Below are positions 46,183-56,927 of a stretch of 64,000 nt of DNA, one piece after another. Under the pieces are notes generated by a model that did not search any database, was not told the DNA's origin, and saw nothing but the letters and a program-made list of their open reading frames with translations. Within the stretch, counting starts at the first letter, position 1; each line of letters opens with the position of its first letter. The position numbers were made by a program, and so were the translations under genes. This DNA comes from Amylibacter sp. (lineage in GTDB: Bacteria; Pseudomonadota; Alphaproteobacteria; Rhodobacterales; Rhodobacteraceae), in contig JAXMOF010000011.1 of the NCBI GenBank assembly GCA_034670045.1, positions 12,121-76,120 on the forward strand. The letters run 5' to 3'.

Positions 46183-48177
46183 TTACTGATCCAGGAAACT
46201 CCGCAGTTTCCGGCTGCGGCTTGGGTGTTTCAGCTTCCGCAGTGCTTTCGCCTCAATTTGGCGGATGCGTTCGCGGGTTACGCTGAACTGTTGGCCGACT
46301 TCTTCAAGCGTGTGGTCGGTGTTCATGCCGATCCCGAAACGCATACGCAGGACACGTTCTTCCCGTGGGGTAAGGGAGGCCAGAACCCGCGTGGTTGTTT
46401 CCTTCAGGTTGCCCTGAATCGCGGAATCCAGTGGCAGGATCGCGTTTTTATCCTCGATGAAATCGCCAAGCTGGCTGTCTTCTTCATCCCCGATGGGAGT
46501 TTCAAGGCTGATCGGTTCTTTGGCGATTTTCATCACCTTGCGGACTTTTTCCAAAGGCATTTGCAGTTTTTCTGCCAATTCTTCGGGGGTCGGTTCGCGG
46601 CCGATTTCGTGCAGCATTTGACGACCGGTGCGCACCAGCTTGTTGATGGTTTCGATCATATGGACCGGAATACGGATCGTGCGGGCCTGATCGGCAATGG
46701 ACCGGGTGATCGCCTGACGGATCCACCATGTGGCATAGGTCGAGAATTTATACCCGCGACGGTATTCGAATTTATCCACAGCCTTCATCAGGCCGATGTT
46801 GCCTTCCTGAATCAAATCAAGGAATTGCAGGCCGCGGTTGGTGTATTTCTTGGCGATCGAGATAACCAGACGCAGGTTGGCTTCGACCATTTCCTTTTTG
46901 GCAAGACGGGCTTCTTTTTCACCCTTTTGCACTTGGTTCACGATGCGGCGGAATTCGGTGATGTCCACGCCGACGTATTGACCAACCTGGGCCATTTCGG
47001 CGCGGATGTCTTCGGCTTTGTCGCGGAAACGGTCGATGAACTGGCTCCAGCCACGTCCGTCCCGTTCGGCGATATTGTCCAGCCACATCGGATCGAGTTC
47101 TTGACCACGGTAGGCTTCGATGAATTCGCGGCGGTTGATGCGCGACTGGTCGGCCAGTTTCACCATGCCACTGTCCAGTGACATGATCTTGCGGTTAATG
47201 CCGTACAACTGGTCGATCAAGGCTTCGATACGGTTGTTGTGCAAGTGCATCGCGTTCACTTGTTCCACAAGAGAGGAGCGCAGCTTTTGATAGGCCTTCT
47301 CTTCTTTGGCGGAATAGCTTTCGTCTTCGTTCAGCGTCGCCGAGATCCGAATATCCTGCATGGCGGCAAGGGCTTCGTAGTCGTGGGCGATTTTTTCGAG
47401 TGTCTCAAGGACCTGCGGTTTCAGCGCTTCTTCCATCGCGGCGAGCGACATGTTTGCCGCTTCGTCTTCATCCTCGTCGTCGTCATCTTCGTGGATCGGG
47501 TTTCCGTCTGCGTCCACTTCGGGCTGTTTTTCGGCAGCGGGTGCCGCCGTAACAGGGGCGCCGCCCACGGGTTTCAGACCTGCGACAACGCTTTCTACGC
47601 CGTCTTCTTCCATGGAATTGCCAAATGTGGTTTCCAGATCAATCACATCGCGCAGCAGAATGTCTTCTTCAAGAAGTTCCTCGCGCCAGATGGTGATCGC
47701 CTGAAAGGTCAGAGGGCTTTCGCACAGGCCGGCAATCATCGTGTTACGGCCGGCTTCGATCCGCTTGGCGATGGCGATTTCGCCTTCGCGCGACAGCAGT
47801 TCAACACTGCCCATTTCGCGCAGGTACATGCGAACCGGATCGTCGGTGCGATCCAGCGTGTCTTTACCGGTTTCAGCCAGCGCCAGTTGTTTGGCACTGC
47901 TTTCGACGACGGCTACTTCTTTGGAGCTGTCGTCTTCCAGTTCTTCTTCTTCGATGATGTTGATGCCCATTTCGGACAGCATCGACATCACATCTTCGAT
48001 TTGTTCAGAGGAAACCTGATCGGGCGGCAGCACCTGATTAAGCTCGTCATAGGTGATATATCCGCGTGAACGGGCACCCGAGATCATTTTTTTGACCGCG
48101 GCCTGGCTCATGTCGTTCATCGGGCCTGCGTTTTCAGGATCGTCGGTTTTCGCCGCGTCGTTGTCTTTCGCTGCCAT
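46183..48177 (-). CDS. rpoD: RNA polymerase primary sigma factor
   Basis: Region 1.1, [57 protein letters not shown]. Confidence 0.98.
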   Translation of the reverse strand: MAAKDNDAAKTDDPENAGPMNDMSQAAVKKMISGARSRGYITYDELNQVLPPDQVSSEQIEDVMSMLSEMGINIIEEEELEDDSSKEVAVVESSAKQLALAETGKDTLDRTDDPVRMYLREMGSVELLSREGEIAIAKRIEAGRNTMIAGLCESPLTFQAITIWREELLEEDILLRDVIDLETTFGNSMEEDGVESVVAGLKPVGGAPVTAAPAAEKQPEVDADGNPIHEDDDDEDEDEAANMSLAAMEEALKPQVLETLEKIAHDYEALAAMQDIRISATLNEDESYSAKEEKAYQKLRSSLVEQVNAMHLHNNRIEALIDQLYGINRKIMSLDSGMVKLADQSRINRREFIEAYRGQELDPMWLDNIAERDGRGWSQFIDRFRDKAEDIRAEMAQVGQYVGVDITEFRRIVNQVQKGEKEARLAKKEMVEANLRLVISIAKKYTNRGLQFLDLIQEGNIGLMKAVDKFEYRRGYKFSTYATWWIRQAITRSIADQARTIRIPVHMIETINKLVRTGRQMLHEIGREPTPEELAEKLQMPLEKVRKVMKIAKEPISLETPIGDEEDSQLGDFIEDKNAILPLDSAIQGNLKETTTRVLASLTPREERVLRMRFGIGMNTDHTLEEVGQQFSVTRERIRQIEAKALRKLKHPSRSRKLRSFLDQ

Positions 48178-48302
48178 GTTAGCCTCCAAAATCTCCATGT
48201 GCCGTTGGCCTTTGGCCTATTTCGGCAGTGTGTTCAACCGAATACGGCGAATCACCTAGCTTGTTTCGAATCAATAGAACGAATCGCTGATTCGCAATGG
48301 TT

Positions 48303-50258
48303 CTACCGCTTTTTCTTTACCCAAATCTGGTCATCGATCAGTTTTTGCAGCTGTTGTGACAAATTCTCCCGATCTTCCGAGCCTTCACCGCCCGGATTCA
48401 CGCTGGCCTTTGTTGCCTCGGCCCGCGCTTCGGACGCTTGCTGGATGCGCCAGGTCAGACCTTCGTCCGCCAGACCTTCCATGTCGCGCTCTGCTTCGCG
48501 CAGCTCTGCTTCGGCACCTTTGTTGGCGGCATGTTTTACCAGTTCTTCGCTTAGGGTCAGTGCAATCAATTCCGGGTCCGCATCGGGTTTCAGGTGCGGG
48601 TGTATGCGCACGGGGGCCAGCGTCATAAGATGGTCCATCGGGTTGAACCCGAGTCTGTCTGTCATTGCTGAAATAAGCCGCCCCGACGCATCCTCTCCAG
48701 ATAGGTCCAAATGCAGCGAAGCCAAGAGGGCCGATTGAATTTTAATTAAATCGGGGGCGGAGATCGGGGATTTTTCAAGCGCGGTTTCACGCAGCAGCGC
48801 GGCTTTGGGGTTTCTTATGGCGGCGGCGAGGATCAGGGCTTCGCGCAGGCGGAAGGTATCGGATTCGGCGGTTTGCCCCAGAATTGACATTTTGGTGCCG
48901 CTGGTCGCCGCTTGGGGTGTTTTCTTGCCCCAATTGCCTTTGCCTGGCTGCCAGGGGGCGTCGCGACGGTTTTTCGGGGCGAATAATTCGGCGCGCAATT
49001 CTTTGATGGCTGCGGTGTAATGGGTGCGCAACGAGGGGTCTTTGATGGTGGCAAGGGTGGCGCGCAGGCTGGTATCAAGGGCGGCGCGGCGTTCGGGGCT
49101 GTCAAACACCTTGCCCTCGATCTCCCGTTCCCACAGCAGTGTGACCATGGGCTGGGCGGTGTCGAGCAGGGCTTGCATGGCTTGTGGACCTGCCGCTTTG
49201 AGCAGGTCATCGGGGTCCTGGCCTTCGGGCAGCACCACAAAACGCAGGGATTTTCCCGCCTCCATCAGGGGCAGGGCCAGATCAATCAGGCGGCGTGCTG
49301 CGCGGATGCCGGCTGTATCCCCGTCAAGCGCGATGATCGGTTCCGGCGTAATCCGCCACATCAGGTGTAGCTGGTTTTCGGTGATGGCCGTGCCAAGGGG
49401 GGCGACAGCGTGGTTGAACCCTGCCTGCGCCAGCGCGATCACGTCCATATAGCCTTCGGCCACAATCAGGCTCTGGGCTTTGCCTGCGGCTTCCCGTGCG
49501 GGGCCGTGGTTGTAAAGGCTGCGGCCTTTGTCAAACAGGGGTGTTTCTGGGCTGTTGAGGTATTTGGCCCGTGCATTCGGGTCCATTGCGCGGCCCCCGA
49601 AGGCGATGCAGCGGCCTCTTGCGTCACGGATCGGAAAGATAATGCGACCCCGGAATCGGTCAAACGGTGATCCGCCGTCATCGGGTTTCACGCAGAGGCC
49701 TGCTTCGTCCAGATCTGCCGCGGAAATCCCTTTGCCTGTCAGATGTTGAAACAGGGGCGCGCGGGCGTCCGAAGCATAGCCGATTTCAAACCGGTCCTGA
49801 ATATCCAGCGGCATGCCCCGTTTTTCCAGATAGTCCCGCGCTGATGTGGCCAGATTGGTTTTCAACTGCATACGGTAAAATTGCAGCGCCTGCTCCATGA
49901 TGTCCGCAAGAATCGTGCGTCTGTCGGCCCTTTTCTGCGCCACGGGATCCTGTTTTGGCACGGGCATACCTGCCTCGCGGGCGAGGATTTCGACGGCTTC
50001 CATAAAGCCGACATTTTCGGTTTCACGCACAAAGGTCAGCGCGTCGCCTTTGGCGTGGCAGCCAAAGCAATAGTAAAAGCCCTTGCGGTCATCCACATGA
50101 AAAGACGCAGTTTTTTCCTGATGGAAGGGGCAGGGGGACCAGTAATCGCCCTTGCCGATGTTGGATTTGCGCGTGTCCCATGTGACTTTGCGGCCCGCGA
50201 CCTGTGCAATGGACAGGCGGGTGCGCAATTCTTCGAGAAATCCGTCTGGCAGGCTCAT
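48303..50258 (-). CDS. dnaG: DNA primase
   Basis: Zinc finger CPFHQEKT...CFGC, KYLNSPET, TOPRIM AEGYMDV and DGDTAG. Confidence 0.97.
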   Translation of the reverse strand: MSLPDGFLEELRTRLSIAQVAGRKVTWDTRKSNIGKGDYWSPCPFHQEKTASFHVDDRKGFYYCFGCHAKGDALTFVRETENVGFMEAVEILAREAGMPVPKQDPVAQKRADRRTILADIMEQALQFYRMQLKTNLATSARDYLEKRGMPLDIQDRFEIGYASDARAPLFQHLTGKGISAADLDEAGLCVKPDDGGSPFDRFRGRIIFPIRDARGRCIAFGGRAMDPNARAKYLNSPETPLFDKGRSLYNHGPAREAAGKAQSLIVAEGYMDVIALAQAGFNHAVAPLGTAITENQLHLMWRITPEPIIALDGDTAGIRAARRLIDLALPLMEAGKSLRFVVLPEGQDPDDLLKAAGPQAMQALLDTAQPMVTLLWEREIEGKVFDSPERRAALDTSLRATLATIKDPSLRTHYTAAIKELRAELFAPKNRRDAPWQPGKGNWGKKTPQAATSGTKMSILGQTAESDTFRLREALILAAAIRNPKAALLRETALEKSPISAPDLIKIQSALLASLHLDLSGEDASGRLISAMTDRLGFNPMDHLMTLAPVRIHPHLKPDADPELIALTLSEELVKHAANKGAEAELREAERDMEGLADEGLTWRIQQASEARAEATKASVNPGGEGSEDRENLSQQLQKLIDDQIWVKKKR

Positions 50259-50328
50259 GGCTGTAATATGCTGTCGAAAAGGGCCTGCGGCAAGGTGCGG
50301 GATTTGGATATTTGGACCAAAAAGAGGC

Positions 50329-50637
50329 TCATGGTTGGGATTCGATCTGCACGGTTTGGCGCAGCTTGCCTGTGGTGCGATCAAGGATCAGGATGGTATT
50401 GTCGGTGGTCACAACTGCATACCAGTCGGGGCCTTGGGTGAAGGCTGTGGCGGTTGTGCCGTCGGGCAGCGTCAATCTGTCGGGGAGCGCAGGGCCGCTG
50501 TCTGTCGAGAAACGCATGACAAGCAGGGTGAAGATGGCTAGAAGCCCGAAGATCATGGTTGCGGTCAAGATCGTAACCAACCGTCGCAGGAACCGCAGGT
50601 TTGCAGGTTCCGCAATTTGGGAATCGTTGTGATCCAT
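50329..50637 (-). CDS. Small membrane protein (DUF6476-like from memory)
   Basis: LRFLRRLVTILT TM helix and LPDRLTLPDG. Confidence 0.75.
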   Translation of the reverse strand: MDHNDSQIAEPANLRFLRRLVTILTATMIFGLLAIFTLLVMRFSTDSGPALPDRLTLPDGTTATAFTQGPDWYAVVTTDNTILILDRTTGKLRQTVQIESQP

Positions 50638-51673
50638 GTCTGACACTATTCAAACCCTTGTATTGATCCTTGGCGAAACGCCGCCTGCGCGTCTTGATAA
50701 GGCACTGGCCGCGGTTGTGCCAGAGGGCGTGAGCCTGAGCCGTTCGCGTATTGGTAAATTGATCGAGGAAGGCGCCGTATCGCGGGTTGCGGGGGGCGAT
50801 CCTGTTGTGGTGTTGAAGACCCAAGGGGTTGAGGGTGAAGAATGGCGGGTGGATATTCCTGTTGCGACGACCCTTGAGGCGGTGGCGCAGGATATTCCTA
50901 TTGATGTGCTGTATGAGGATGCGGAGCTGATCGTGGTGAACAAGCCTGCGGGCATGGTGGTGCATCCCGCGCCCGGGTCCGAGGATGGCACATTGGTCAA
51001 CGCTTTGCTGTTTCATTGTGCTGACAGTCTGTCAGGCATTGGCGGCGCTAAACGGCCCGGAATTGTTCATCGTATTGATAAGGATACCAGCGGTGTCTTG
51101 GTGGTGGCAAAGACCGATGCGGCCCATCAGGGGCTGGCCGCGCAATTTGCCGACCATTCGATCAACCGCCGCTATGTGGCCTATTCGATTGGTGCCCCCT
51201 CTGCGGCTGATCCCCGCTTGCTTGGTTTGCCGGGTGTGGGGTTTGAAACCGGTGCGGTGTTGCGGGTTGCGACCAATATCGAACGTCACAAGACAGATCG
51301 CAAGCGGATGGCGGTGGCGTCAAATTCGGGCAAACATGCGATCACCCGCGTGCAGGTGCTAGAGAATTTTGCCGATCGTGCTGCAAAGGTGGAATGCTGG
51401 CTGGAAACCGGCCGGACCCATCAGATCAGGGTTCATATGTCCCATATCGGGCATGGTTTGATCGGCGATCCCGTTTATGGCACCCGTCGCCGTGTGAAAA
51501 CTGCGGGGCTTGATGCGGAAGATGCCGATTACATCAGCGCATTTCCGCGCCAGGCCTTACATGCGGCGAAACTGGGGTTTGTGCATCCCGTAAGCGGCGA
51601 GTATGTTGAGTTTGAAGCTGATTTGCCGAATGATTTGAAGGCTTTGGATGCAGCGTTGCGCAATATGACGTAA
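50636..51673 (+). CDS. rluD: RluA-family 23S rRNA pseudouridine synthase (RluD-like)
   Basis: S4-like RLDKAL, NKPAGMVVHP, catalytic HRIDKDTSG, ETGRTHQIRVH, RQALHA. Confidence 0.92.
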   Translation: MSDTIQTLVLILGETPPARLDKALAAVVPEGVSLSRSRIGKLIEEGAVSRVAGGDPVVVLKTQGVEGEEWRVDIPVATTLEAVAQDIPIDVLYEDAELIVVNKPAGMVVHPAPGSEDGTLVNALLFHCADSLSGIGGAKRPGIVHRIDKDTSGVLVVAKTDAAHQGLAAQFADHSINRRYVAYSIGAPSAADPRLLGLPGVGFETGAVLRVATNIERHKTDRKRMAVASNSGKHAITRVQVLENFADRAAKVECWLETGRTHQIRVHMSHIGHGLIGDPVYGTRRRVKTAGLDAEDADYISAFPRQALHAAKLGFVHPVSGEYVEFEADLPNDLKALDAALRNMT

Positions 51674-51731
51674 GCTGCGGTCCGTTTTTTTATTCAAATG
51701 CGGCGGAACTTTTTATTCGGTTCGGCGTTAT

Positions 51732-51760
51732 CTTGAAACATCTTGACTGAATTCCTAAGT
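51732..51760 (+). promoter_or_regulatory. Candidate RpoH-type promoter of rpoH
   Basis: CTTGAA-N16-CCTAAGT, similar to the alphaproteobacterial sigma32 consensus CTTGAA-N15/16-CCTATAT. Confidence 0.4.
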
Positions 51761-51797
51761 CATTATTAGCGAATTGGGTCGAAAAGGAGCTGTGTTC

Positions 51798-52697
51798 ATG
51801 AGCTATACCAATCTTCCAGCACCCAGTCCCGAGCAGGGATTGAACCGATATATGCAGGACATCCGCAAGTTTCCGATGCTGGAACCGGATGAAGAATATA
51901 TGCTGGGCAAAGCCTGGATCGACCATGAAGACACAGAAGCGGCACATAAACTGGTGACAAGCCATCTGCGTTTGGCTGCCAAAATCGCCATGGGCTATCG
52001 CGGTTACGGCCTGCCCACATCCGAAGTGATTTCCGAGGCCAATGTGGGCTTGATGCAGGCAGTAAAACGGTTCGAGCCTGACAAAGGGTTTCGTCTGGCC
52101 ACCTATGCCATGTGGTGGATCAGGGCGAGCATTCAGGAATATATCCTGCGCAGTTGGTCTCTGGTGAAAATGGGCACCACAAGTGCGCAAAAGAAGCTGT
52201 TTTTCAACCTTCGCAAAGCCAAAAACCGCATTGGTGCGTTGGAGGAGGGGGATTTGCGCCCTGAAAACGTGCAGCGGATCGCAAATGATCTGAACGTGAC
52301 CGAGGATGAGGTGATTTCCATGAACCGCCGCATGTCGGGGGGCGATGCCTCGTTGAATGCGCGGGTCGGCGGTGATGACGGCGAAGGTGCTGCGGAATGG
52401 CAGGACTGGTTGCAGGATGAAACTGCGGATCAGGCCCACAGCTATGCCGAAAGCGATGAATTGAAAGCCCGCCGTGCCTTGATGGTTGATGCGATGGATG
52501 TGCTGAACGATCGTGAAAAAGACATCCTGATGCAGCGCAAGTTGCAGGATCGGCCGACCACTTTGGAAGATCTGAGCAGCGAATATAACGTCAGCCGTGA
52601 ACGCATCCGTCAGATCGAAGTGCGGGCCTTTGAAAAGCTGCAGGAAAAAATGCGCGATCTGGCGATTGAAAAAGGGATGATGAAAGGGGCGGTTTAA
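51798..52697 (+). CDS. rpoH: Heat-shock sigma factor RpoH (RpoH1-type)
   Basis: RpoH box QKKLFFNLRKAK and YRGYGLP; adjacent to rluD. AAGGAG RBS. Confidence 0.96.
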   Translation: MSYTNLPAPSPEQGLNRYMQDIRKFPMLEPDEEYMLGKAWIDHEDTEAAHKLVTSHLRLAAKIAMGYRGYGLPTSEVISEANVGLMQAVKRFEPDKGFRLATYAMWWIRASIQEYILRSWSLVKMGTTSAQKKLFFNLRKAKNRIGALEEGDLRPENVQRIANDLNVTEDEVISMNRRMSGGDASLNARVGGDDGEGAAEWQDWLQDETADQAHSYAESDELKARRALMVDAMDVLNDREKDILMQRKLQDRPTTLEDLSSEYNVSRERIRQIEVRAFEKLQEKMRDLAIEKGMMKGAV

Positions 52698-52883
52698 CAC
52701 TGCCCCTGACGTTTTTACCCTGTGATATCAGGATCGTATGCGGTTTCTGATCGCTGCTGCGTCTGGCATAGCCTTTTATGGGACGCGTGATCCGGAATAT
52801 CGTTGAAAACCTTTGATACCGCTGGCACAGATTTACGTGCCTTTTGTTTAAGCGCATCAGGTTGGGCGATTGGAAATCGGCAT

Positions 52884-52909
52884 AAAAAAAGCCGCGGAAT
52901 GCGGCGTTT
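52884..52909 (-). terminator. Intrinsic terminator for the RTX gene
   Basis: AAAAAAA-GCCGC-GGAAT-GCGGC. Confidence 0.6.
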
Positions 52910-52969
52910 CGGGGCGAGGGGGCTGTCGGGCGAGCAGTGCCGCCCGACAATATTTTGTTCGAATTCGGT

Positions 52970-54172
52970 TTACCCGAAGAATTTGAAATCACGGAACGTG
53001 AAGTCATCGATCAGAGTGTCCTGAACCAGAACCAATGCGTTATCCAGTTCGATTTGAACATCGTCGCCAATTTGTGTCATGGCGTCTTTCACATCAGAGA
53101 AGCGGTCAAACACATCGTAAAACTTCATCTTGTCTTCACGATGGGTGAAGTCGGTGATTGTGAGGTCGTAGTTGTCGCTGTGGAAAATAAACTGGTCTTT
53201 CCCTTCGTCGCCTGTGGCTGTGTGTGTGCCGGCCAAAACGTCGAATTTGTCACGACCACCGCCACCTTCGGCAATATTCGATCCGCGATACAGACGGATT
53301 TGGTCGTTGCCATGGCCACCGTAGTATTCGTCGTTGCCCCAGTTGTCCTGGATGTTGTCGCGGCCGCCGCCACCGTAGATAACGTCATTACCCAGATCGC
53401 CAGACAGACCGTCATTGCCCGCGCCGCCATAGATCAAATCGTCGCCGTCGATCCCTGCGATTTTATCGCGACCGTTCCCACCATAAAAGGTGTCGCTGCC
53501 TTTGGACCCGATGATATCATCGGCAAAATCTGTGGCGACAACAGCTTCGATGCCTTTAAAGGTGTCGCCTGCGCCCACGCCTGTTGACGTGCCCGAGCTT
53601 GCGAAGAGGCTTAGAACCACACGACCTTCTGCACTTGAATAGTCGACAACATCATAGCCGTTGCCGCCATCATATACGTCTGCACCCGCGCCGAAATAGA
53701 ATATGTCGTCGTCATCGCCACCCTCGTAGATGTCGTCGCCGTCACTGCCCAGGAATACGTCATTGCCAGCACCGCCGTAGGAAATGTCATCGCCTAGGCC
53801 ATCAAGGAAGGTGTCATTGCCGTTCCCACCATCCAGAACGTCATCTGAAGCGCCACCGTCCAATGAGTCCGATCCATCACCACCAATCAAAGAGTCAGAG
53901 CCAAGTCCGCCATACAATTCGTCACTGCCGTCGCCGCCGTCCAGAATGTCAGCTTTAGCACCGCCGTCTAGATAGTCTGAATTTGCGCCACCATAAAGAG
54001 AGTCAGCTGACTCGCCGCCGTAAAGGATATCGTTGTCATCGCCGCCGTAAATTTCATCGCTGCCGTCGTCACCTTCAATTTGGTCGACGCCTTCCAGCCC
54101 GAAGACCACGTCATCTGCCACTGTGCCTGTAATAATATCGTCGCCAGACGTGCCGTTGATCGTATTCGCCAT
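52970..54172 (-). CDS. RTX / hemolysin-type Ca2+-binding repeat protein, type I secretion substrate
   Basis: About 30 GGxGxDx(L/I/Y)x nonapeptides and a C-terminal ITDF...DF.F signal-like tail. GAGGA RBS. Confidence 0.9.
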   Translation of the reverse strand: MANTINGTSGDDIITGTVADDVVFGLEGVDQIEGDDGSDEIYGGDDNDILYGGESADSLYGGANSDYLDGGAKADILDGGDGSDELYGGLGSDSLIGGDGSDSLDGGASDDVLDGGNGNDTFLDGLGDDISYGGAGNDVFLGSDGDDIYEGGDDDDIFYFGAGADVYDGGNGYDVVDYSSAEGRVVLSLFASSGTSTGVGAGDTFKGIEAVVATDFADDIIGSKGSDTFYGGNGRDKIAGIDGDDLIYGGAGNDGLSGDLGNDVIYGGGGRDNIQDNWGNDEYYGGHGNDQIRLYRGSNIAEGGGGRDKFDVLAGTHTATGDEGKDQFIFHSDNYDLTITDFTHREDKMKFYDVFDRFSDVKDAMTQIGDDVQIELDNALVLVQDTLIDDFTFRDFKFFG

Positions 54173-54591
54173 TTGTGTATTCCTCGTCCTAATGTTCACA
54201 AAATTGTTTGCTTCGGCCCTGATCTGATACGTGACAACAGCCGAATTGCGGTAAACCTAGCAGAGAAATTTTTGCGTTATCACGATGCCGTGAAATGACC
54301 TTATTTGTAGAGGTAGACGCGACATTTCGGTCGCAGTTCCCAGTCACAACGGGAAACAACCCCGCCTTAAAGGCTGAATTGTTACTGGATTATGAATAAA
54401 TTCGGGCGATTTGTGGCGGGATTGTGGCGAAATGGCCTGTCTGGACAGTAAAGCTGTCCAAATTCACAAGTATCTAAATCGAAAATGTTAAATATTTCAG
54501 GTGTATGACTTGGGAAAGCCGGTCGATTGGCTTTTGGTGATTCAAGGGGGCGCGCAGCGCCAGAACGGGCGGCGCTGCGCGGTTTCTTTGT

Positions 54592-56421
54592 TTAGTCTTC
54601 CATGGCTTCCAGTTCGTCGATCATCGAACTGATCAACGACAGGCCTTTGTCCCAGAATTTGGGATCGCTGGCATCAAGCCCGAAGGGCGCTAGAAGGTCC
54701 GAGTGATGCTTTGATCCGCCAGCGCGCAGCATTTCAAAGTATTTGTCCTGGAAATCCGGATTGCCTTCTTCGTAAACCGCATAAAGCGCATTCACCAACC
54801 CGTCGCCAAAGGCATAGGCATAGACGTAGAAGGGCGAGTGGATGAAATGGGGGATATAGGACCAGAAGGTTTCATAGCCGTCCATGAAATTGAACACAGG
54901 GCCAAGGCTTTCGCCCTGCACGGACATCCAGATGTCGTTAATCTGATCCGGTGTCAGCTCACCTTGGGCGCGGGCGGCGTGCAGTTTGCATTCAAAGTCG
55001 TAAAACGCGACCTGGCGCACGACGGTATTGATCATATCCTCGACCTTGCCCGCCAGCAGTCGTTTGCGTGCGGCTTTGTCAGGGGCTGCATCCAGCAGTT
55101 TGCGGAAGGTGAGCATTTCGCCAAAGACGGATGCCGTTTCGGCCAGTGTCAGCGGGGTGGAGGACAGCATTTCCCCTTGATCCGCTGCCAGAACCTGATG
55201 CACACCGTGACCCAGTTCATGGGCCAGTGTCATCACATCGCGCTGTTTGCCAAGATAGTTCAGCATCACATAGGGGTGGACATCGGTCACCGTGGGGTGG
55301 GCAAAGGCGCCCGGTGCCTTGCCCGGTTTCACGGCGGCATCAATCCAGCCTTGGGTGAAAAACGGCTCTGCCAGTTCAGCCATCTTTGGCGAGAAATCAG
55401 CATAGGCTTCGGACACGGTTTTGCGCGCGTCATCCCAGTGGATCGTTGCTTCGTCACTGCCGGGAAGCGGGGCGTTACGGTCCCACACTTCCATTTTTTC
55501 CAGCCCCATCCATTTGGCTTTCAGCGCGTAATAGCGGTGCGAGAGTTTGGGGTAGGCGGCCACAACCGCATCGCGCAGGGCCTGCACCACTTCGGGTTCC
55601 ACATCATTGGCCAGATGGCGGCCCGATTGCGGTGTGGGCAGCTTGCGCCAGCGATCTTCGATCTCTTTTTCTTTGGCCAGCGTGTTGGTGATCCGCGCGA
55701 ACAGCGTGATGTTATCCCCCAGCGTTTTGGCAAATGCCTCGGCTGCGGTTTTGCGGGTCTCGCGGTTTGGGTCGGACAGCAGGTTTGCAGTGGCTTCAAG
55801 GCTGAGCATCTCCCCGTCCACATCAAATTCCAGCGCGGCGCAGGTCTCGTCAAACAGGCGGTTCCATGCGGTTGCGCCGATAACGGATTGATCGTGCAGG
55901 AATTTCTCCAGCTCGTCGGACAGTTGATAGGGCTTCATCGCCCGCATGCGGTCCAGCACGGGTTTATAGCGCGCCAGATCGGTGTTGGCGTCCAGCATAC
56001 CATCCAGAACCGCGTCTTCGATCCGGTTCATTTCCAATGAAAAGAACACCAGAGGGGTGGAGAAATCAGTAATCTGCCCCTGCATATCCGCGATGAATTT
56101 TGCGCGGTCCGGATCGGTGGTGATCTGGTAATAGCGCAGGCCAGCATAAGACATGATACGGCCTGAAATCGACTGGATTTTTTCATAGCGGGTGATGCAG
56201 GTCAACATTTCAGCGGCAGACAACCCTGCCAGTTTGCCTTCGTAATCCGTGGCAAAGGCAGCGCATTCACCTTTCAACCAATCCATATCCCGCAGCAATT
56301 CAGGGCTGTCCTGAGCGGGGTAAAGATGGGTCAGATCCCATTCCGGCAAGTCCCCCAATGATGCGCCTGAAGCGGAATCGCGGTGGTCGCGGGGCAGGTC
56401 GGGGGCGGTGGGTCTGAACAT
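54592..56421 (-). CDS. pepF: M3B oligoendopeptidase F
   Basis: TLAHELGHGVH (HExxH), AETAS, HSPFYVYAY. Confidence 0.92.
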   Translation of the reverse strand: MFRPTAPDLPRDHRDSASGASLGDLPEWDLTHLYPAQDSPELLRDMDWLKGECAAFATDYEGKLAGLSAAEMLTCITRYEKIQSISGRIMSYAGLRYYQITTDPDRAKFIADMQGQITDFSTPLVFFSLEMNRIEDAVLDGMLDANTDLARYKPVLDRMRAMKPYQLSDELEKFLHDQSVIGATAWNRLFDETCAALEFDVDGEMLSLEATANLLSDPNRETRKTAAEAFAKTLGDNITLFARITNTLAKEKEIEDRWRKLPTPQSGRHLANDVEPEVVQALRDAVVAAYPKLSHRYYALKAKWMGLEKMEVWDRNAPLPGSDEATIHWDDARKTVSEAYADFSPKMAELAEPFFTQGWIDAAVKPGKAPGAFAHPTVTDVHPYVMLNYLGKQRDVMTLAHELGHGVHQVLAADQGEMLSSTPLTLAETASVFGEMLTFRKLLDAAPDKAARKRLLAGKVEDMINTVVRQVAFYDFECKLHAARAQGELTPDQINDIWMSVQGESLGPVFNFMDGYETFWSYIPHFIHSPFYVYAYAFGDGLVNALYAVYEEGNPDFQDKYFEMLRAGGSKHHSDLLAPFGLDASDPKFWDKGLSLISSMIDELEAMED

Positions 56422-56505
56422 GAATAAGGCTCCAGTGTAGGTTTTGATGCCAAGACTTAGGACGTCAGGCACGAAAGGGAAAGGGCAGGTTTAGGGGGCA
56501 GGTGG

Positions 56506-56895
56506 TTACAGATCAATGATCGGTTTATCGGGCTGGATCGCCTCTGGCTCGGGCTTTAGCTCGGGCACAGGTGCGGGCTCGGGCGTCAGCGGCTGTTTGC
56601 GGCGGATCAGAATATCGCCGTTTTCCAGCACTTCTGGCGCGTGAAAGGCAGACATATCACCAAGACGGTCGATCATTTCGCCAAGTGCAGGGCCGATTTC
56701 GTCCAGTTTGGGGCCAATTTCCTCTTTCCAGCCTTCCAGCAGGGTCTGCGCATTGTCCGACAGCTTTCCAAACCGTTTTTTGAAGTCGGAGATACTGTCG
56801 TTTTGCGTGTTGTTCTGTGTGTCGTCCTGCGCAGCGGCAGGTGCGGCCATGGCCAGCGCGACCAGAAGGGGGGCAAGGGGGACGATGTGTTTCAT
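56506..56895 (-). CDS. Secreted small hypothetical protein
   Basis: Signal peptide ending AAPAAA; PEVLENGDILIRRK; acidic, proline-rich tail. Confidence 0.7.
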   Translation of the reverse strand: MKHIVPLAPLLVALAMAAPAAAQDDTQNNTQNDSISDFKKRFGKLSDNAQTLLEGWKEEIGPKLDEIGPALGEMIDRLGDMSAFHAPEVLENGDILIRRKQPLTPEPAPVPELKPEPEAIQPDKPIIDL

Positions 56896-56927
56896 AACGG
56901 TCAATATAGTCTGCCTTGTAAGGGATT

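Noticed and set aside
46225-48069. 318- and 276-aa ORFs opposite rpoD
   Set aside because: Antisense shadows of a conserved essential gene.
51690-52700. 336-aa ORF opposite rpoH
   Set aside because: Antisense shadow with no motifs.
52970-54172. CRISPR-like or tandem DNA repeat array
   Set aside because: The 27-bp periodicity reflects encoded RTX nonapeptides with divergent codons, not identical DNA repeats with spacers.
54838-56040. 400-aa ORF opposite pepF
   Set aside because: Antisense shadow with no motifs.
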